NCBI GenBank assembly: GCA_017450905.1
Contig: JAFSST010000050.1
Span: forward strand, 1-55,314
Direction: 5' to 3'
DNA length: 55,314 bases
Source: Alphaproteobacteria bacterium
GTDB lineage: Bacteria > Pseudomonadota > Alphaproteobacteria > Rs-D84
Below the pieces are notes generated by a model. It was not told where the DNA came from. It searched no databases and worked only from the letters and a program-made list of their open reading frames with translations. Below, in pieces: positions 46,367 through 55,314 of this stretch; the first letter of the stretch is position 1; each line of letters begins with the position of its first letter. The translations under genes were made by a program, and so were the position numbers.

Positions 46367-47977
46367 ATGGATTTTTCAATGTATATTATAAATAAACTTT
46401 TTGGATTTGTATGTTTCTGTGCGTTATTGGCCGGATGTGCCGGCACCGGAAACAGATGGTATTCGGCATCGGACCAGGGAACGGTATCGACACCAGCGAT
46501 GTTACAATATGGTTCATATTCCGCAGATATGTACGGAACAATGGATGAAAATCACAAAATTGCGGTTTTGTTACCGGTATCTGGACCGAATGCGGTTATT
46601 GGTAAATCTGTGCGTCCGGCGATTGAGATGGCGGCAATGGAATACGCCCCAAACGGGTTACAAATAAACTTTTTTGATACCGGGACCGGCAATATAACCG
46701 AAACGATTTCACGGGCGTTGGAAACAAATCCTGATGTTGTTATTGGACCAATGTTTGCCAACAATGCACGCATTATACGCGAAATGAAGCCGTATTCTTT
46801 ACCGGTTTTATCGTTCACATCCGACATAACGGCGGTTGGCGATGGGGTTATGAGTGTATCGTTAATGCCAACTAATACTGTTGAATCAACAATCGCCCAA
46901 ATGAAACGAAACGGTGCGGAAAAATTTATAATCCTGGCCCCGGATACTTCATCCGGACATATTATGGCCGGCATCGCAAAAAGCATAACCGGAACATATA
47001 ATTTGGAAAATACCGGCGTATTCTTTTACAACGAAGGCAACAGTGAATCCATGCGAACGGCAACAATGGCGGCATCCATGTTCACGGCACGCAGTGCGGC
47101 AAACACCCGTGCCAAAGAAATTTTATCAGACATACTTAATCACGAAGAACTTTCTGGGACTGAACGCGTTTCAATTGCAAATCAACTGGAACATATCAAA
47201 AAACGCGACACGTTGGGCGAATTGCCGTATGATTCGATTCTGTTCCTGGGGAATGGACATGATACAAAATCCTTGGCTTCGTTCTTGCGATATTTTGATG
47301 TTGGTGTTCGTGATGCAAAATTCTATGGGACATCATTATGGGAAGGCGACAACATTGAATCAGACATAACAATGATTGGTGCCGAATTTGCAACATTACC
47401 GGATATTCCGGAAAAATTTTCAAACACGTATAAAAACGCAACTGGGATGGATGCATCGCACATGGCGGCAATTGGATATGACACAACAATGTTGGCAATT
47501 GATGCGATATATTCTAAAAACGACTTGTCAGAACATTTGTTAAACCAAAGTGGATATATCGGAATAAACGGCTTGTTCAGATTGCGTCCAAATGGTTCAA
47601 ACGAACGTGCCTTACGTATGGTCAGATTAAATGGCGATGGCACAAAAACAACCGTAAACAAACCATCAGAAACATTTATTTCGCCGATATATAATTTGAA
47701 TACAAATTATGTCTCGCCGGCCGAAAGTATGGCGTTGAATACTCGCGGAATAAATCCGAATAAATATATCAATCTGCCCGACAGATTGGCAAAAAAATAC
47801 CGTTCCAAAACATACGGTGCAAATTACACCCTGTCGCAACAAACGACACAATTGCCGACCGTTACCGTTTTACCCGAAGACACGACCGATACAACAATTA
47901 CCGCCGAAGATTATGAACCGGTAAAATTGGAAACGGTTACGCGTAACTATATCGATTCCACAGAAATATCAGAATAA
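46367..47977 (+). CDS. LpoA/LppC-like lipoprotein (periplasmic-binding-protein fold, penicillin-binding protein activator family)
   Basis: The ATG at 46367 gives MDFSMYIINKLFGFVCFCALLAGCAG, which contains a lipobox. It is divergent from rsmI, as lpoA is in E. coli. The body looks like a type-1 PBP fold. The track ORF from 46154 overlaps rsmI. Confidence 0.65.
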   Translation: MDFSMYIINKLFGFVCFCALLAGCAGTGNRWYSASDQGTVSTPAMLQYGSYSADMYGTMDENHKIAVLLPVSGPNAVIGKSVRPAIEMAAMEYAPNGLQINFFDTGTGNITETISRALETNPDVVIGPMFANNARIIREMKPYSLPVLSFTSDITAVGDGVMSVSLMPTNTVESTIAQMKRNGAEKFIILAPDTSSGHIMAGIAKSITGTYNLENTGVFFYNEGNSESMRTATMAASMFTARSAANTRAKEILSDILNHEELSGTERVSIANQLEHIKKRDTLGELPYDSILFLGNGHDTKSLASFLRYFDVGVRDAKFYGTSLWEGDNIESDITMIGAEFATLPDIPEKFSNTYKNATGMDASHMAAIGYDTTMLAIDAIYSKNDLSEHLLNQSGYIGINGLFRLRPNGSNERALRMVRLNGDGTKTTVNKPSETFISPIYNLNTNYVSPAESMALNTRGINPNKYINLPDRLAKKYRSKTYGANYTLSQQTTQLPTVTVLPEDTTDTTITAEDYEPVKLETVTRNYIDSTEISE

Positions 47978-47992
47978 CCAAAGGGCATAAAA

Positions 47993-48247
47993 ATGAAGAA
48001 AGAATACAAAATTATCACTATTTGTTTTGTTATCGCGATTGTAACATCTTTTATAACTGCATTGATAACGACCAAGGCATACGTATCAAAAACCAGTGGT
48101 GATTATATCGAAATGTGCAAAAACAATGCAAAACCAGACGAACACGGATGCTGCCCGGGTGAATCATATACGGATATGGGCGAAGAAGGGTTTAATTGTT
48201 GTCCAACAGATGGTGGCGATTGTTTCCCACCAATGAAGTTAAATTAA
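47993..48247 (+). CDS. small membrane-anchored cysteine-rich protein, hypothetical
   Basis: 84 aa. TM helix IITICFVIAIVTSFITALI, then C-x11-CC-x15-CC-x6-C. The upstream sequence is AAGGGCATAAAAATG. Confidence 0.5.
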   Translation: MKKEYKIITICFVIAIVTSFITALITTKAYVSKTSGDYIEMCKNNAKPDEHGCCPGESYTDMGEEGFNCCPTDGGDCFPPMKLN

Positions 48248-49614
48248 TCCAATTTCCTCAGACTGATTTTATCTTCATCAACAATAACCAAATTACCCGA
48301 CATTATACCGGCCAAACGTGCGGAATTAAATGCATCACGCGGCCCAAACAGGTCGGGTTCATACATTGGAATGACACCACGCGACAAACATAATTGATTC
48401 GCAATCATCATATCATCACACACGGCAATAATCGGTATATCCGAACGTCTGCACGAAATTTGTGTCGCGGTATTTGTATCACGAGCAAACACGATAATTG
48501 CCGCCGCCTTGTTTAGAAACGCCATTGATGCAACAGACCTGGACCAATCGTTTTCCGGCACATTTTCAACACGTAACCAATCATACGGATTTGCAACCGC
48601 ATCATCATCCGAATAAGTCAAAATTTTATTCATTGTTTCAATAACATTAATCGGATTTGAACCAATAGTCGTTTCTTCGGATGTCATGGCGGCATCAGCC
48701 CGCAAATAACATGTATTTGCGACATCGCTGATTTCTGCACGCGTTGGAAATTCACTGTTTACCATTGTTGCCAACATTTGCGTTGCCATTATCACAGGTC
48801 TGTTCAATTTTCGACATTCACGAATAATATGACGCGAAATCGCAGGCACTTGTTCAAAAGGTAATTCCACGGCCAAATCACCACGTGCAATCATAATTCC
48901 ATCGGCCGCAGATGCAATTTCGTTTAACCGTTCGACCGCATTTCTGCGTTCTATTTTCGCCATAATTTTAACCGGATACGAAACACGCTGGGTAATAAAA
49001 TCACGCACTTCGGCAATATCTTCGGGGCGTTGAACAAAAGATATTGCAACCCAATCAGGTCGTTTAGTCAATGCGTATTCCAAATCCGCCTTGTCCTTGT
49101 CGGTCAAAACAGACGTTTCGACATCGGTATCAGGTAAATTGAAACCACGCCGCGACCATATTTCGGTTCCACGAATAACGGTTGCCTGGACCTGGGACGG
49201 GGTTGCGGACAAAACCTGCATTTCAATTTTACCATCGTTTAACAATATGCGTTCGCCCGGTTTCAATGATTTCAAAACATCTGTATCCGGCAGATTCACA
49301 CGTTTAGAATTTCCAGGGGCCGGATTTGAATCAAATGTAAAAACCTGGCCAGGCACCAGCGGATATTTTTCTTCGGTTAAAAAATTACCTATGCGGTGTT
49401 TTGGTCCCTGTAAATCAATCATAATTGCCACAGGCTTTTTCAAATCAGCCGATATTTTTCGAATTAAATCGATTTTATGCCCCTGGGTTTCGCCGGTATC
49501 ATGACTGAAATTCAAGCGACACACGTTAACACCGGTCTGTATCATTTTTCGCAAAACATCTGCGGTTTCGCAACTGGGACCTATTGATGCGACTATTTTG
49601 GTAAATCTGTCCAT
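48244..49614 (-). CDS. pyk: pyruvate kinase
   Basis: TKIVASIGPS, RLNFSHD, MIARGDLAVE and MATQML motifs. Confidence 0.9.
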   Translation of the reverse strand: MDRFTKIVASIGPSCETADVLRKMIQTGVNVCRLNFSHDTGETQGHKIDLIRKISADLKKPVAIMIDLQGPKHRIGNFLTEEKYPLVPGQVFTFDSNPAPGNSKRVNLPDTDVLKSLKPGERILLNDGKIEMQVLSATPSQVQATVIRGTEIWSRRGFNLPDTDVETSVLTDKDKADLEYALTKRPDWVAISFVQRPEDIAEVRDFITQRVSYPVKIMAKIERRNAVERLNEIASAADGIMIARGDLAVELPFEQVPAISRHIIRECRKLNRPVIMATQMLATMVNSEFPTRAEISDVANTCYLRADAAMTSEETTIGSNPINVIETMNKILTYSDDDAVANPYDWLRVENVPENDWSRSVASMAFLNKAAAIIVFARDTNTATQISCRRSDIPIIAVCDDMMIANQLCLSRGVIPMYEPDLFGPRDAFNSARLAGIMSGNLVIVDEDKISLRKLD

Positions 49615-49701
49615 TTTTTTACATTCTCTTTTGAGTTTTTGTTGATTTTTACGATTTATTGTATATCATAAAAAGCAGACATAAACAAGGGGAAAAGAAA
49701 T

Positions 49702-49950
49702 ATGAAAAACGCAAACCACGGTGCAATTGATAATCAACAATTGCTTAGCATTATCGAAAGAATCGAAAAATTAAACGAAGATGCCGCCGCCATCGCCGCA
49801 GATGTCACAGAAATTTACAGCGAGGCAAAATCCGCCGGATTCGACCCAAAATATAGTCGCCAAAAGATACGTTTGCGTAAAATGGATCCGGACGAACTGG
49901 ACGAAACAGATGAATTAACCCAAATGTATCGAAACGCATTGGGGTTATAG
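49702..49950 (+). CDS. gapR: DUF2312 / GapR-like nucleoid-associated protein
   Basis: QLLSIIERIEKLNEDAAAIAADVTEIYSEAKSAGFDPKYSRQKIRLRKMD matches the DUF2312 pattern. Confidence 0.8.
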   Translation: MKNANHGAIDNQQLLSIIERIEKLNEDAAAIAADVTEIYSEAKSAGFDPKYSRQKIRLRKMDPDELDETDELTQMYRNALGL

Positions 49951-49954
49951 GCAA

Positions 49955-50269
49955 ATGAAAAAATTTACAAAAACCGTTGAAAATTTTACCTGCACCCATT
50001 GTGGTGCAGCGGTTTTTGGTAACGGATATACAAACCATTGTCCGAAATGTCTGTGGTCGAAACACGTTGATGAAAACCCGGGGGACCGTGCCGCAAAATG
50101 CGGTGGGATGATGCGTCCAATATCAATTGAACCCGATGGCGACAGATTTGTAATTATCCACCGGTGTGAAATATGTGGCAAAACAATACGCCAACATACA
50201 TCACCTGATGACGATATGGATGCAATCATAGAACTGTCAAAAAACAACAATTTTATATTTGGAAAATAA
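49955..50269 (+). CDS. RNHCP domain-containing zinc-ribbon protein
   Basis: FTCTHCGAAV...NHCPKCLWSKHVDENPGDRAAKCGGMMRP...HRCEICG. Confidence 0.75.
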   Translation: MKKFTKTVENFTCTHCGAAVFGNGYTNHCPKCLWSKHVDENPGDRAAKCGGMMRPISIEPDGDRFVIIHRCEICGKTIRQHTSPDDDMDAIIELSKNNNFIFGK

Positions 50270-50271
50270 TT

Positions 50272-52203
50272 TTGCGAAACTGGATAAAACAGCAAAAACA
50301 GAATCTTTTCTTGTGGTCGCCAATTATAATTGCAATTGGTATGGCGTGGTATTTTGCATTTAATTATGAACCGAATATCTGGGTTCTGATTTTATTATTA
50401 TTGATTGGTTTTCTTGGGTTTATTACGTTACGAAAAAATATATTTGTTGTGTTTTTATCGTGTGTCTTGTTTGGTTTTGGATATGCCGGAATTTATTCCC
50501 ATATAAAAAATACATATCAAATTTCACACGATTTGCACAACATTGAAATCACTGGGACGGTATCGGCGTTGGAACAGACTGATGATAAATTAAGAATTTT
50601 TATAAACACCGATAATTTTGGAAATGTCCGTGTATCGACACAAAACGATATTGATATAAATGTTGGTGATAAAATTTCTGGTAATGGCGGATTATTCAAA
50701 CCATCACCGGCATATATGCCCGAAAATTTCGATTTTGCCCGATGGGCATATTTTAATAACATAACCGCAACAGGCTACATAAATTCGCCAAAAATCATTG
50801 ACAAGACGGCATCAGGCGGCATAAACAATCTGCGTTGGAAAATTCATAAAACATCCAATTCTTTTTTAACCGATGCATTGATTTTGGGCTATCAGAAAAC
50901 ATTACCAACATGGCAACGCACCAAATGGATGCAAAATGGTGTGGCACACATTTGGTCAATCAGCGGATATCATATCGGGCTGTTATCAGGATGGTTGTTT
51001 GCGATTTTTTATTTGATTTTCAGATGTATTCCAAAAATAACCAAACGTGTTCCTGCACGAATACCGGCAATCATTTGTGCGTGGATTGGACTGGTTGGTT
51101 ACGTGGCATTATCTGGTGGTGGGGTCGCAACATTACGGGCGTTTACAATGACAACATTGGTTATGATTGCGTTTATATTTGGACGAAACGTTATATCACT
51201 GCGAACCGCGTGCGTTGCGTTTTTGGGAATGGTTTTAATAAATCCACATTATGTTATGACGGCCGGATTTCAATTGTCTTTCGCGGCGATATTCGGATTG
51301 GTTTGGTTGTGGACGGTATTAAAACCACAATTACCACACAACAAGATATTAAAATACATTTATGCGGCATTTTTAACCGCATTAACCGCCACATTATTCA
51401 CCGCACCTTTTGTTATTGCCCATTTTAATTCTGTTCCGATATATGGATTGATTGGGAACCTGGTATTTTTACCGCTGTTTTCTTTTATCATTATGCCAAT
51501 GGTTATTATCGGAACAATTACCGCATTGGTTGGATTAAGCGGCCCGTTGGAACTAGCACATAAAACGTATGATTTTATTTTCAATATGGCGACACATATA
51601 ACAAATCTGCCGTATGCGAACATTGATACAGGCAACATCCCGAACATCGCCATTATTTTGATAATAATTGGTTTTGGCTGCATAATGTTTATAAAAAACG
51701 ATGACACCATAAAAAATGCTGTTTTACGTCATTTGAATACAGTTTCAGGGACGATATTGTGTGCAACGGGGATGATGGTGTATCTGGTGTCGCCGAAACC
51801 AATTTTTTACATAACGCACGACCATAATTTGATTGGCTGGGTTAAAAACGACAAATTGTATTTTAATAAATCCAAGGACAGTGGTAATTATTTTGCTTTT
51901 GACACATGGAAAAAATCAAATGCCGAACCTGTTGATACCCCTAACCGCCGTATGGATAAACAGCACGGCATAAACATAATCAAAACACCTGAATGGACAT
52001 TGGTTTACACTCAACGATTTGTCCCGTTACAGAAAAACATCAACGCATGGTGTAATGACCCAAACATAAAATACATCGCATCCTATTTTGATATAAAAAC
52101 GACACGTTGTTCCAACAAAATTATTTCTGGTGGTGGTGTTATATATGAATCAGGAAAAATGAAACACACGACCGCTAATCGATTGTGGCATAATCAGCAC
52201 TGA
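50272..52203 (+). CDS. comEC: ComEC/Rec2 family competence membrane protein (no metallo-beta-lactamase motif seen)
   Basis: TTG start per the track. N-terminal OB-like DUF4131 region, and a polytopic Competence domain (WSISGYHIGLL...GGGVATLRAF...GFQLSFAAI). No HxHxDH motif in the C-terminal ~170 aa. Confidence 0.75.
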   Translation: MRNWIKQQKQNLFLWSPIIIAIGMAWYFAFNYEPNIWVLILLLLIGFLGFITLRKNIFVVFLSCVLFGFGYAGIYSHIKNTYQISHDLHNIEITGTVSALEQTDDKLRIFINTDNFGNVRVSTQNDIDINVGDKISGNGGLFKPSPAYMPENFDFARWAYFNNITATGYINSPKIIDKTASGGINNLRWKIHKTSNSFLTDALILGYQKTLPTWQRTKWMQNGVAHIWSISGYHIGLLSGWLFAIFYLIFRCIPKITKRVPARIPAIICAWIGLVGYVALSGGGVATLRAFTMTTLVMIAFIFGRNVISLRTACVAFLGMVLINPHYVMTAGFQLSFAAIFGLVWLWTVLKPQLPHNKILKYIYAAFLTALTATLFTAPFVIAHFNSVPIYGLIGNLVFLPLFSFIIMPMVIIGTITALVGLSGPLELAHKTYDFIFNMATHITNLPYANIDTGNIPNIAIILIIIGFGCIMFIKNDDTIKNAVLRHLNTVSGTILCATGMMVYLVSPKPIFYITHDHNLIGWVKNDKLYFNKSKDSGNYFAFDTWKKSNAEPVDTPNRRMDKQHGINIIKTPEWTLVYTQRFVPLQKNINAWCNDPNIKYIASYFDIKTTRCSNKIISGGGVIYESGKMKHTTANRLWHNQH

Positions 52204-52918
52204 CAAAATATAATCCCTGGGACGGTGCGGTTGCACCGGCGGCACTGCGATTACACGCGGCAAAAACTTCATCCATATCATAATCGTGTCCTGAACCAAT
52301 TTCAACCAACGTTCCGACCATATTTCTGACCTGGTGATGCAAAAATGAACGTGCAGAAAATTCAAAAATTATAAAATCACCATCGGTTTTGATTTCGCAC
52401 CGGTCCAATGTTTTAACAGGGCTTTTGGCCTGGCAGGCTGATGCACGAAAACTGGTAAAATCGTGGCGGCCGATTAACTTTTGTGATGCATTTTGCATTT
52501 TAGAAACATCCAGTTTTTTTGGCACCCACCACACACGATTTTTATTTAAAACCGGGGCCGCAGAACGATTCAAAACAACATACTTATAATGCCGTGCAAC
52601 ACACGAAAAACGTGCGTGAAAATCATCAGGAACCACAACACAAGACAAAATTACAACAGGCTGGTTTATCAAATAAAAATTTACCGCCCGCATAACCGTA
52701 TCCGCATCAAAATCGCGTTCCAAATCAAAATGTGCCGTCATCGCAATCGCATGAACACCGGCATCGGTCCGCCCCGCCCCAACAACATCGGGACGCACGC
52801 CACAAAACTTTTCAATCGCATCCTTGACCACGGATTGCACAGACGGCCCCTGGATGTTTTCCTGCCACCCAATTAAATTTGTCCCATCGTATTCCAAAGT
52901 AATTTTATATCTTGTCAT
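52175..52918 (-). CDS. truA: tRNA pseudouridine(38-40) synthase TruA
   Basis: The ATG at 52918 gives MTRYKITLEYDGTNLIGWQ, preceded by GGAAG. Catalytic motif GAGRTDAGVHA. The track start at 52933 is a TTG inside fmt. Confidence 0.9.
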   Translation of the reverse strand: MTRYKITLEYDGTNLIGWQENIQGPSVQSVVKDAIEKFCGVRPDVVGAGRTDAGVHAIAMTAHFDLERDFDADTVMRAVNFYLINQPVVILSCVVVPDDFHARFSCVARHYKYVVLNRSAAPVLNKNRVWWVPKKLDVSKMQNASQKLIGRHDFTSFRASACQAKSPVKTLDRCEIKTDGDFIIFEFSARSFLHHQVRNMVGTLVEIGSGHDYDMDEVFAACNRSAAGATAPSQGLYFVSADYATID

Positions 52919-52922
52919 ACTT

Positions 52923-53726
52923 TTATCTTCCAAATTCTATTTGGTTGTTATGCAAACCATTTATAAAACTTTTCCAATCCATTGGATTTTTACCCGCCGG
53001 TTGAATCTTAACAATTTCCAATTTATCGCCATTTAATTTAGTAGCCAAAATTTTAACATCTATGCCGTTTATTTTGGTCCGCCCCGCACCCAACGCACGA
53101 ATTTGGTTATGAATTTGTAGTGCCGAATTTGACCAATTTATGATTTCATCTGTGCCAACAAATTTACGTGTATACGTTGGATTTCCACGCTGGGGGATTG
53201 GCGGATATAAATCCATATTCGACATATAATCATCCAACATTTCGGCACCAATTTTAGAAACACGTGATTCAATATCGGCATTGGTATCATCAATTCCGAT
53301 TTCAAATTTACGACACATATAAACATCACCCGCATCCAATTCAGGTGCAACCTGCATCAAACAAACGCCACTTTCACTGTCGCCATTTATAATTGCCGTT
53401 TTAATCGGCGAAGGCCCACGATAACACGGCAACAAACTGGGGTGCAGGTTTATACAAGGTGCGGAATTTAAAACATTTTCACGTAATATCGCCCCGTATG
53501 CCACAACGATTACCATATCAGGCGAAAAATTATAATCACTGGTTTTATGAAACACCGGGAAACCGTGTGATTCGGCCCAAACGTGAACCGGGGATTTTGT
53601 CATAATGTGTTTTCGCCCAACCGGTTTTGGTCCACGTGTGAACACCGCCATGACATTATGCTTGGCTGATACAGATTCAAAAATCGGGACGACAAATTCC
53701 GGTGTCCCCATTAATACAACATTCAT
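52923..53726 (-). CDS. fmt: methionyl-tRNA formyltransferase
   Basis: MGTPEF, VVAYG and the NLHPSLLPCYRGPSPI motif. It is short (267 aa) but has both domains. Located downstream of def. Confidence 0.85.
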   Translation of the reverse strand: MNVVLMGTPEFVVPIFESVSAKHNVMAVFTRGPKPVGRKHIMTKSPVHVWAESHGFPVFHKTSDYNFSPDMVIVVAYGAILRENVLNSAPCINLHPSLLPCYRGPSPIKTAIINGDSESGVCLMQVAPELDAGDVYMCRKFEIGIDDTNADIESRVSKIGAEMLDDYMSNMDLYPPIPQRGNPTYTRKFVGTDEIINWSNSALQIHNQIRALGAGRTKINGIDVKILATKLNGDKLEIVKIQPAGKNPMDWKSFINGLHNNQIEFGR

Positions 53727-54223
53727 TTATGCCGCCTTACCTTACGCATAACCATTTCACGTTTTACCGATGATAAATAGTCGATAAATAAAATACCGTC
53801 CAAATGGTCTGTTTCGTGTTGCACAATGCGGGCCGGCAACCCAGACATTTCCGCACCCATACGTTCACCACGCTCGTTTGTCCATTCAACCACAACCGAT
53901 TCAGGACGCGAAACATTTGCGAACACCGGCAAATTATCCCCCCCCAGAACCGATAAACAGCCCTCTTCCATAACGACAGTTTCATCGCTGCGGGAAATAA
54001 TTTTTGGATTTATCATTTTAAAAACTTCACCGGTATCCGGATTCATCATAACCAAAAAGCGTTTCGTAATACCAACCTGGGGTGCGGCAAGCCCAACCCC
54101 ATTTTGTTCCGTCATCATACGGACCATTTCATCCATTGCCGATAAAATATCGGCCGAAATATCGTCCACAGGAACGCATTTTTCACGTAATACTAAATCG
54201 CCACAAAGTTTCATTTGCAACAT
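53723..54223 (-). CDS. def: peptide deformylase
   Basis: GVGLAAPQVG, EEGCLS and QHETDHLDG metal-binding motifs. Confidence 0.9.
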   Translation of the reverse strand: MLQMKLCGDLVLREKCVPVDDISADILSAMDEMVRMMTEQNGVGLAAPQVGITKRFLVMMNPDTGEVFKMINPKIISRSDETVVMEEGCLSVLGGDNLPVFANVSRPESVVVEWTNERGERMGAEMSGLPARIVQHETDHLDGILFIDYLSSVKREMVMRKVRRHK

Positions 54224-54264
54224 TTATAAATCCTTTTATAATAAATATAGCAAAGGAATTGGAA

Positions 54265-55140
54265 ATGACAACTTATATTTTGATTGTGATGATGGGGATT
54301 GTGATAATTATGCTGTTCGTGCTGTTGATGCGACCGGCATCGGTTGATATGTCCCCCCTGCGTGAAGACAATACCCGTCTGCGTGAACGATTGGCGGAAA
54401 GATTGGGGGCATTGGCACAAAACGCAAACGAATTAAAGAATATCAGTGCCGATATAGCGAACTTTAAAAACATCCTTATGGGGAATAAACAGGCACGCGG
54501 CACATTTGGCGAAAGACAATTGGAAGATTTGGTCGTGGACATTATGCCACCGGAATCCTATGCGTTTCAATGCGTGTTGGAAACAGGCGTTCGGCCTGAT
54601 TGTATAATACGTCTGCCATATCCGCCGGGCGACATGATTATTGACAGCAAATTTCCATTGGAATCTTATAACCGTATGATTGACGGCGATGATACAGGAT
54701 TGTATCACAAACAGTTTGAATTGGATGTCCGTAAACACATCGATGCGATTGCCGAAAAATACATTATTCCCGGCAAAACAGCCGAAAGTGCCATGATGTT
54801 TATTGCATCGGAATCTATATTCGAAACATTACATCGGGATTTTCCGAATACGGTTGAATATGCCGCCAAAAAGAAGGTGTTTATTGTATCGCCGGCAACA
54901 TTGTGGGCAACCCTTAACACCATACGTGCGGTATTGTCGGACATAAAAATCAAACGCGTTGCCGGTCAAATCAAAAAGGAATTGGATATGTTATTGACTG
55001 ACTTGGCACGTATGTCGGAACGCACGGCACGCGTCCAACAGCATTTCAATATGGCACAAACAGACGTAGAACAGTTGCAAACATCGTTATCCAAAATTAC
55101 CCCACGTGCCGAAAAATTAAAAGGTTTGGATTTTGATTAG
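54265..55140 (+). CDS. rmuC: DNA recombination protein RmuC
   Basis: The ATG at 54265 gives an N-terminal TM helix (TTYILIVMMGIVIIMLFVLL). It also has a coiled coil, ARGTFGERQLEDLV, RPDCII and IIDSKFPLESY. The track ORF from 54082 overlaps def. Confidence 0.85.
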   Translation: MTTYILIVMMGIVIIMLFVLLMRPASVDMSPLREDNTRLRERLAERLGALAQNANELKNISADIANFKNILMGNKQARGTFGERQLEDLVVDIMPPESYAFQCVLETGVRPDCIIRLPYPPGDMIIDSKFPLESYNRMIDGDDTGLYHKQFELDVRKHIDAIAEKYIIPGKTAESAMMFIASESIFETLHRDFPNTVEYAAKKKVFIVSPATLWATLNTIRAVLSDIKIKRVAGQIKKELDMLLTDLARMSERTARVQQHFNMAQTDVEQLQTSLSKITPRAEKLKGLDFD

Positions 55141-55148
55141 TGGGTTGT

Positions 55149-55172
55149 GGGGGCGAATGTCCCCATTTTTTG
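55149..55172 (+). terminator. rho-independent terminator after rmuC
   Basis: TGGGGGC-GAAT-GTCCCCA: a 7-bp stem including one G-U pair, followed by TTTTTT. Confidence 0.65.
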
Positions 55173-55174
55173 TT

Positions 55175-55203
55175 TGCAAGATTTTGTTTTATCCATTATA
55201 GTA
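55175..55203 (+). promoter_or_regulatory. near-consensus sigma70 promoter TTGCAA-17 nt-TATAGT driving an unidentified transcript that leaves the window
   Basis: -35 at 55175-55180 and -10 at 55198-55203. The ~105 nt downstream contain hairpin-capable segments (CTCCA-CTTGGT-TGGAG) and no obvious start codon context. Confidence 0.45.
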
Positions 55204-55314
55204 TTTTTGCATTGGGCGACACCCGGTGCGGGGTCTAGAAAACCTCTCGTATTTGACACTCCACTTGGTTGGAGGGTTGTGAATATATTGAATAAACGAC
55301 ACTGTTAATACGAC

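Overview
This is a gene-dense chromosomal segment of about 55 kb with roughly 60 protein-coding genes. I found no rRNA, tRNA, IS element, prophage or CRISPR array. All product calls come from reading motifs in the supplied translations; no database search was run.

The gene set suggests an alphaproteobacterium with a compact, moderately AT-rich genome. The pointers are an alpha-type AddB, DUF2312/GapR, an RHH_4 protein, DUF721/DciA-like, SecB and a MutH-independent MutL. Many neighbouring genes overlap by 1-4 nt, and four convergent pairs share overlapping stop codons.

**Housekeeping content**
- DNA replication and repair: rarA, ftsK, mutL, xerD, recA, ruvC, ruvA, xthA, addB, rmuC, gapR-like.
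- Protein export and envelope: secD, secF, yajC, secB, an LptF/G-type permease, mltA, an LpoA-like lipoprotein, two PAP2 phosphatases and two outer-membrane beta-barrel proteins.
- Translation and RNA: serS, typA, mnmE, engB, rsmI, truA, fmt, def, greA, yebC.
- Metabolism: trxB, pyk, an acyl-CoA synthetase.

**Observations worth a second look**
1. An uncharacterised four-gene operon at 197-2276. It encodes a membrane protein, a degenerate HNH-like protein, a SUKH/SMI1-KNR4-like protein and an RHH protein, which resembles a toxin/immunity or conflict module.
2. An AT-rich seven-gene glycan island at 25.6-32.5 kb between typA and recA. It has a Stealth phosphotransferase, a GT61/DUF563 enzyme, an RgpF-like protein and GT2 enzymes, but no exporter, polymerase or sugar-precursor genes.
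3. One continuous ORF that fuses the RNase YbeY to apolipoprotein N-acyltransferase Lnt.
4. An S41 (CtpA/Prc-like) homologue in which both catalytic dyad positions appear to be substituted.
5. A promoter-like 15-mer, TTTTTGTGATATAAT, found at three gene starts, with its 9-nt core at a fourth.
6. A roughly 110-nt imperfect hairpin built from GTGGTNN heptads after mutL, which shares a 10-mer with the yebC 3' end.
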